Source: Candidatus Hydrogenedentota bacterium | Lineage (GTDB): Bacteria > Hydrogenedentota > Hydrogenedentia > Hydrogenedentales > SLHB01 | Assembly (NCBI GenBank): GCA_963668025.2 | Contig: CAXXTH010000012.1 | Coordinates: 128,001-192,000, forward strand | Reading direction: 5' to 3' | DNA: 64,000 nt | In this document: positions 58,684 through 64,000 of the stretch, piece after piece | Numbering within the stretch: the stretch's first letter is position 1 | Layout: every line of letters begins with the position of its first letter | The notes under the pieces: generated by a model | Databases searched by the model: none | What the model was told of the DNA's origin: nothing | What the model saw: only the letters and a program-made list of their open reading frames with translations | Made by a program: the position numbers and the translations under genes

Positions 58684-59814
58684 TTACGAGTGGGCAGCCT
58701 CAATCATGGCGGCCACATTCTCCGGCGGCACGTCTGCCTGTATGTTGTGGGCGGGAGCCAGCACATAGCCGCCGCCGCATCCGAGTGTTTGAATGGTATC
58801 GAGGACAACCGCCCGCACCATTTCTGGCGTCCCATTTCGCAAGAGATCCTGGGTGTCGATAGCGCCCCAGAAGGCCAGCTCCCCGCCATGGGCCGCTTTG
58901 AGCGCAGCGGGCTGCATGCCAGCCGCCGATGTCTGAACCGGATTGAGAATATCCACCCCACAAGCCATGATGCCGTCCAGCAGCGACACCACGGAACCGC
59001 AGGTATGATGCCAGTAGTAGCAGCCGCGCCCTAACTCCTTCGTTCTCGTGATGCGCCGCGTGAAATACGGAACCACAAGGCTTCGGAACATGTCGGGACT
59101 GATGAGCGGCCCCGATTGCATGCCGAAATCATCCCCGCTTGTCGCAAGAGCAATATACTCGCCTATAGCGCCTAAATATTGTTCTAGCACCCGAAGCTGA
59201 ATGCTCAGCACCCGGTCGAAAAACCGCTTGACGAAATCGGGCTCCATGGCCATGCGCAGCAGGAAGCCATCATATCCGCACATCCAACAACCCAATTCGA
59301 GCACTCCATACACGGGATGCTCCCCGACAACCACATAGGGTGTGTCTTCGGCTAAATGCTTGGCTTCCGCGCGCCATGCTTCCAGCCGCGAATCATCCAG
59401 CTCAGGGGAAGGCCACGGAAAAGCCTCAAGCTCCTCCATGCTCGCCCCAGCAAGCGGGCATTCGCATATCTCCCAATAGCCATTGAGAAACTTGCGGCGC
59501 ACTCCCCACTCGTCTATGGACTCCACGGGGGAAATAGTCCGCGCAAGCGAGCCATGCAGCGAAGGAATCTCACCAACACTACGGAAATCAGTGCCTGCCC
59601 ATTCGAGGATGCGCGTATCGACCCCGTGATTGGCCTTTTCCCCCTCGCCCTCAAAACCCAGGAAATCCTTGAGCCGTTGCTGAAAACCATCTGACATGCC
59701 GGTCAGTGAAGTCCCGGCAAGGTCCACGGGAACACGGTCCGGCTGCCGATGCTCCATCACCGCATGAAACCGGCTTCGAGGCTCCATGGCGGCGGCGATT
59801 CGCGTTTTATGCAT
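58684..59814 (-). CDS. Uroporphyrinogen decarboxylase / MtaA-CmuA superfamily protein
   Basis: PDRVPVD, DEWG, GDDFGMQ, HHTCG, LNPVQ, FWGAIDTQ and GGYVLAPAHNIQ motifs. Confidence 0.87.
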   Translation of the reverse strand: MHKTRIAAAMEPRSRFHAVMEHRQPDRVPVDLAGTSLTGMSDGFQQRLKDFLGFEGEGEKANHGVDTRILEWAGTDFRSVGEIPSLHGSLARTISPVESIDEWGVRRKFLNGYWEICECPLAGASMEELEAFPWPSPELDDSRLEAWRAEAKHLAEDTPYVVVGEHPVYGVLELGCWMCGYDGFLLRMAMEPDFVKRFFDRVLSIQLRVLEQYLGAIGEYIALATSGDDFGMQSGPLISPDMFRSLVVPYFTRRITRTKELGRGCYYWHHTCGSVVSLLDGIMACGVDILNPVQTSAAGMQPAALKAAHGGELAFWGAIDTQDLLRNGTPEMVRAVVLDTIQTLGCGGGYVLAPAHNIQADVPPENVAAMIEAAHS

Positions 59815-60034
59815 TCTACGGTCCTCAATATCTATATTTTAAATTTATAGTTATATTTTATCGCCCGTATTCCAAAAACGGCCAGCAAACACGGCTGCCC
59901 CCATGCAACGCCCAAATATACCCCTTAATTCAGAGATACCTGCGCCCAGGGCCAAAAGCGCGCCCCTGTTTACGACCAAGGCGCATTCCCGCCCTGATGC
60001 CCCGGCCACCCCGCAGGATTTCTCCAATCGCAAG

Positions 60035-60082
60035 TAATATCGTTACTCGACATATAATATCGATATAACTTTTAAGAGTCAA
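60035..60082 (-). promoter_or_regulatory. Sigma70 promoter with tandem CG-centred operator candidates
   Basis: Minus-strand TTGACT (60077-60082)-17 bp-TATTAT (60054-60059). TAATATCG(A/T)TA occurs at 60035 and 60055, the latter including palindrome ATATCGATAT. Confidence 0.65.
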
Positions 60083-60161
60083 GAGCGCCGCATGAATCTT
60101 ACGGCGCTGAAAAACATCCCGAAAACAAATAGGCAGGACAATAACGATTACAAAAAAGTAG

Positions 60162-63100
60162 CTACTCTTTTCCCTGGATCACCAGCTCCGGCGAAGCCAG
60201 CAGACCGCACGGTTTGAGGATATAGGCGTCTGACCATTGTTCCCCCGAGGTGACAAATTCACCCGGGCCTATCCATGGCGGTTGCTTGGCCAGATGCAGC
60301 GGGCCGAAACTGTTCCTGCGGCTGCTGAAAACTTCCAGCGCCACCAGCGATTCCTCTCCTTTGAGGCAGGCGGTGATGTCTAGTTCATACGGAGCCCACG
60401 CCAGAAATCCCACTTCTACTCCATCGACCAGCACCCGCACCACGGCCCCTTTGAACTCCGGTGCGCGCACCAACACTCGCCTGCCGCGCTCCGCTTTCAC
60501 GTTCACGGAAAAATGATACGCCACCGCGCCGCTATAGAACGGCAAGCCTTGCCGGGTCCAGTCGCCTATTTTCAAGCGTTTCGGCAATGCGGCGATCTGG
60601 CTGCGCAATCCATCCGTTTGGACCCCGAACTGCCCCAGCAGGAACATCGCCTCCAGGCCATGCTCCGATTTATACGCGGTCTCGAGCCGGATGGCGTTCG
60701 CGCCAAGCTTCAACTGAACGGGATCAACCGGCAACAGCCGCAAACAGGGATCCACCCACCAGCCCATATCCGAATCCGAATGTATGGCATGGCCGTTGAG
60801 GAAAACCGCGAACCGCTCCGGATGCTCGATGGCGAGCGATACCGGCCCGGCAGGCAGCGCTTCCACGTCAAACTCGAAACAGAGTTCAAGCGGCGCGCCT
60901 TCCTCGTCTGGCGAATGCGGTTGCGCCCAGGGCTGGACCATCGCGCCGCCCCGGGGCTGCAAACCCATTTGAAGACGGACCGCCCGGTCCACCCGCAGAA
61001 TCTCTTCCGCAGGCGCGAATGGGCCTGTGCCGTCGAGGCGATAGCTCGGACGGTCCAAAACCAGCACATTCGGTTCCGACAACGAAAATCCGGATGGCTG
61101 CCCCAACACCTGCCGCGCCTGGTCTTTCCACACAGTCTTCCGTGGAATATCCGTAGCGGCTTGCGGATCAATCACAAACAACACGCTGCCGCCCGGATGC
61201 AACACCGTCTCGAAAACCGTCCAGCCTTTCTTCGTTGCTGCCGGAATACGCGCCCGCGCACCGGAATGCGGATCATATTCAATCACCTTGCCTTCGGCCT
61301 TCACGGACACCACGGCGGGAGCGAAACCTTGCTTCCGGTTCGTATTGCAGATAAACAGAATATGCTGCCCCCCATCCTGCCTCAATTGATACAACGCCGG
61401 TGCGATCTCACGCCCGTCTTCATCCCGGATGGAAACGGTGCGCACCGCCTCTACTGCATCCAGTACGGACTTCTCTGCATAGGGAACCGGCAAGCATTTC
61501 TGGGCGAATTCCTGGACCGCATCGGAGTCGGAGCCATCCATGCATCCTGCGGCATTGCCCACAAAAATGACGGCTCCGCCACTCTCCTGAAAGCGTTTCA
61601 GCAACGACAACGTGGTTCCACGCATGGTGTCCATGGGAGGCGCAAGCACGGCGTCGTAGGATGCATGGCCGATCTGGACCCGGGGCCCGTCCCCGCCCGT
61701 TTCAACAGACGCCATGCGGCTCATCATTTCCTCGTCGCCATAAGCAAAATCGATATGCCCTTCCAAAAGCCAATTGCGCAACGCGGGCAGCATCTCATTG
61801 ATTTGCCGCATGTCATCCGCCATGTCTTCAAAGAAGTTTTTAGGGGCCGCGTTCTTGTCACACAACAACGGGCGGTACCGGGCAAACATGGATTCAATCG
61901 GATGAATGACGAGCAGCCGCTGCACGCACCGCCCGCGCGTCAGCGCCACATGCAACCGCGAAAAATAATCTTCCACCACCCGGTAATGCTCCCACCAAGG
62001 CGATTGGAAGAAAATAGACGCCGGATAATCCCGCTTGGCTTCGCCTTCCATCGTGTACCAGCTCAGATGGTGGCACCGCACGGTCACGCCCAGCGCGGCC
62101 TGCCAATCGCCTACCGTTTTATGCCCCTCGAACGGGAAATCCCAGCCCGTGCATCCATACATCTCGGACAAGCACCACTGCTTCCCCATTTGCGTATATA
62201 CGCTCTGGCATTGCTTGATCGTGTCGTATTCCCGATTGGACTCCGTGCAGCAATGCCCATTTTCCGTCAGGATATCCACGCCGGGAAGCTGCATATATTC
62301 ATAAGCCCGCATTGCCGCGCCGACAGCATGCGCCTGCACGTGCATCGAGCCTTCCAACAACAGGTGCCCCGTCAACTGAAGCGAATGGGCTTCACACCAA
62401 TCATGGATCTGTTTCAAGTAATGCGTGACGAACAGATGGGTCGCACAGTTGCGGAAATCGAGCCGGGCTTTGGACGCCATAACGCCTTCGACCTCGAAGA
62501 ACAACTCCGGCAAATGCTCCAAAATGCTATAGCCATGCATCCCTCGAAAGGCATCCGGCAGCTTCGGCGTCCACGGCACGCACGAAAATACATCCGCGCG
62601 GCTCTCCGAAGCATATTCCTCGACCATGGCGCTATAGTTCGGCTCATCCGAGAAAATACCCCGGATGTTCCCGCCGAAATCGCCCCCCATCTCCTTCCGG
62701 TATGCCTCGTGCGTCACCCGGATAAACTCACGCACCGATTCCGCCGACATCGTGTCGAGATAGCTATATCCGTTAAACCAGCTCGAAGACGGCATCGTCA
62801 CCATGCGGAACACCAGGATGTCCGTTCCCACATCAGCGTTAGGCTGTTCCGTTTTTTTCAGGCGGCGCAGGCTGGTAATGACACCGTCCGCGATACCGGC
62901 CTGCCATGCGCCCAGCATATCCGGGATAGGCTGGTATTGCCGGACCGGAACCTTCTCCATCATAAGGGCCTTCATGCGGTGCTTCGGATTCTTCGTCACA
63001 AAACCCCCGGCATATCCCGACGGCCAGCGGTCCTCATCATATAGCCACGCTTCCATGCCCTGGCGGCGGCATTCGTCCACGCCCGCGCGTATCGCGTCGA

Positions 63101-63290
63101 ACCAGTCTTTCCCCAAATATTCCGTCTTCAATCCCACCCGGGAATGCAGAAATCCGCCACCCATTCCCATCTTCTGCAAAATACGCACTTGGCGGCGGAT
63201 TTCCTCAGGCTCCATAAGCCCATTCCAAGACCAAAACGGCTTTCCCCGATACGCGCATGTCGGGTTTTCAAATAAGCTATCGAACAGCAT
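60162..63290 (-). CDS. GH106-like (alpha-L-rhamnosidase-like) large cytoplasmic glycoside hydrolase
   Basis: PFWSWNG, WLYDEDRWPSG, FSDEP, PGVDIL, SEMYG and KRDYP motifs; AAGGAG RBS before MLFDS at 63290. Substrate uncertain. Confidence 0.75.
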   Translation of the reverse strand: MLFDSLFENPTCAYRGKPFWSWNGLMEPEEIRRQVRILQKMGMGGGFLHSRVGLKTEYLGKDWFDAIRAGVDECRRQGMEAWLYDEDRWPSGYAGGFVTKNPKHRMKALMMEKVPVRQYQPIPDMLGAWQAGIADGVITSLRRLKKTEQPNADVGTDILVFRMVTMPSSSWFNGYSYLDTMSAESVREFIRVTHEAYRKEMGGDFGGNIRGIFSDEPNYSAMVEEYASESRADVFSCVPWTPKLPDAFRGMHGYSILEHLPELFFEVEGVMASKARLDFRNCATHLFVTHYLKQIHDWCEAHSLQLTGHLLLEGSMHVQAHAVGAAMRAYEYMQLPGVDILTENGHCCTESNREYDTIKQCQSVYTQMGKQWCLSEMYGCTGWDFPFEGHKTVGDWQAALGVTVRCHHLSWYTMEGEAKRDYPASIFFQSPWWEHYRVVEDYFSRLHVALTRGRCVQRLLVIHPIESMFARYRPLLCDKNAAPKNFFEDMADDMRQINEMLPALRNWLLEGHIDFAYGDEEMMSRMASVETGGDGPRVQIGHASYDAVLAPPMDTMRGTTLSLLKRFQESGGAVIFVGNAAGCMDGSDSDAVQEFAQKCLPVPYAEKSVLDAVEAVRTVSIRDEDGREIAPALYQLRQDGGQHILFICNTNRKQGFAPAVVSVKAEGKVIEYDPHSGARARIPAATKKGWTVFETVLHPGGSVLFVIDPQAATDIPRKTVWKDQARQVLGQPSGFSLSEPNVLVLDRPSYRLDGTGPFAPAEEILRVDRAVRLQMGLQPRGGAMVQPWAQPHSPDEEGAPLELCFEFDVEALPAGPVSLAIEHPERFAVFLNGHAIHSDSDMGWWVDPCLRLLPVDPVQLKLGANAIRLETAYKSEHGLEAMFLLGQFGVQTDGLRSQIAALPKRLKIGDWTRQGLPFYSGAVAYHFSVNVKAERGRRVLVRAPEFKGAVVRVLVDGVEVGFLAWAPYELDITACLKGEESLVALEVFSSRRNSFGPLHLAKQPPWIGPGEFVTSGEQWSDAYILKPCGLLASPELVIQGKE

Positions 63291-63389
63291 GAATGCTCCT
63301 TTCAGTAATCGTCGGCGTTCGGGAAACAGAAAATTTCTCTTCTTCACTCTGTATAATTGACCTTTTACTTTATTTGGAAATGCGGCAGC

Positions 63390-63546
63390 TTTTTTTTAGA
63401 CAGGATTTACATGATTTGCAGGATTGGACAAGATCGCAACGATTCTTTATGAAGCTAAACCATAAAGCGTCCGAGTGCGATCATTATGCAATGGAATATT
63501 TGCCATAAAAAAATCTTGTCAATCCTGTAAATCATGTCTAAAAAAA
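63390..63546. repeat. 157-bp MITE-like element with 9-nt-period terminal inverted repeats
   Basis: T-run + AGACAGGATTTACATGATTTGCAGGATTGGACAAGAT ... ATCTTGTCAATCCTGTAAATCATGTCT + A-run; same family as 45504-45635. Confidence 0.8.
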
Positions 63547-63645
63547 GGCCTTTGCTTCAGTCCGCTAAAGTGGTACAAAAATTCTATCAAAAGAGGCTTG
63601 TCTACAAACACATTCATTCGCCTTAAGCCCACATGGTACCAAAAA

Positions 63646-64000
63646 TCACAGCGGCTTATATTGTATAAAATGTTTGCTGGCGTCATGAATGCCCACGAAT
63701 TCTCCCACGGCCACCGACGCGGCCAGCGCCGCGCCTGCCGCCGCTTCTTCGGTATGCCGCGTGACCATAACTGGAGATGTAAACTGCTCCGATAGGATCT
63801 CGCGAAACACCGCATTATAGCGAACCCCATTGCCCGCTCCCACAACGGTTGGACGCGCCTGCATACCCGCATCGAGCATGGCTTCATACAGCGCATGAAA
63901 GCGGCCAGCCAATCCTTCAAGCAGCGCGCGCGCCATATGCCCCGGCGTAAAATTCCCTTCGCCCATGCCCCGCCACACCGCACGCAGCCCAGGTTCAGCG
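63646..64000 (-). CDS. FGGY-family kinase C-terminus (sedoheptulokinase-like), 5' end outside window
   Basis: NFTPGHMARALLEG, VGAGNGVR and EEAAAGAAL motifs. Confidence 0.75.
   Translation of the reverse strand, partial: AEPGLRAVWRGMGEGNFTPGHMARALLEGLAGRFHALYEAMLDAGMQARPTVVGAGNGVRYNAVFREILSEQFTSPVMVTRHTEEAAAGAALAASVAVGEFVGIHDASKHFIQYKPL

Noticed and set aside
52236-59814. hemE annotation for the two URO-D-like genes
   Set aside because: They lack the RQAGRY signature, carry HxCG, and have no tetrapyrrole genes nearby.
60513-63044. 843-aa plus-strand ORF
   Set aside because: It lies wholly antisense to the GH106-like gene and is rich in Arg, His and Gln with no motifs: a shadow of GC-biased codon usage.

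Overview
This is a 64-kb, almost entirely minus-strand carbohydrate-utilisation super-locus. The host is probably Candidatus Hydrogenedentota or a similar diderm lineage, inferred from the REG[IV][12 protein letters not shown]...FNH.PGG.N.L.MDGHVEF prepilin signature. It holds three DUF1559/H-X9-DG prepilin-like genes, which sit at the head of two operons, and three secreted proteins ending in DxDxDG repeats plus an LPxxG-TM-basic tail. Transport: two CUT1 oligosaccharide ABC cassettes (no ATPase gene) and one RbsBAC-type CUT2 transporter. Enzymes: five GH32-like propellers all lacking the canonical acid/base Glu, GH172, GH99-like, GH39-like and GH106-like proteins, two ADP-ribosylglycohydrolase-family and two URO-D/MtaA-family proteins, a serine hydrolase, ROK and FGGY kinases, and five paralogues of an unrecognised secreted TIM-barrel-like family. 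Regulators are one AraC and one GntR-LacI hybrid. No TonB-dependent receptor or SusCD pair is visible. Intergenic DNA shows near-consensus sigma70 promoters, a recurring CTGTA-N4-TAYA candidate operator, several REP-like palindromes and nested inverted repeats built from 8-10 nt periodic units. No rRNA, tRNA, CRISPR array or transposase was seen. Family assignments come from motif recognition by eye, not from database searches.
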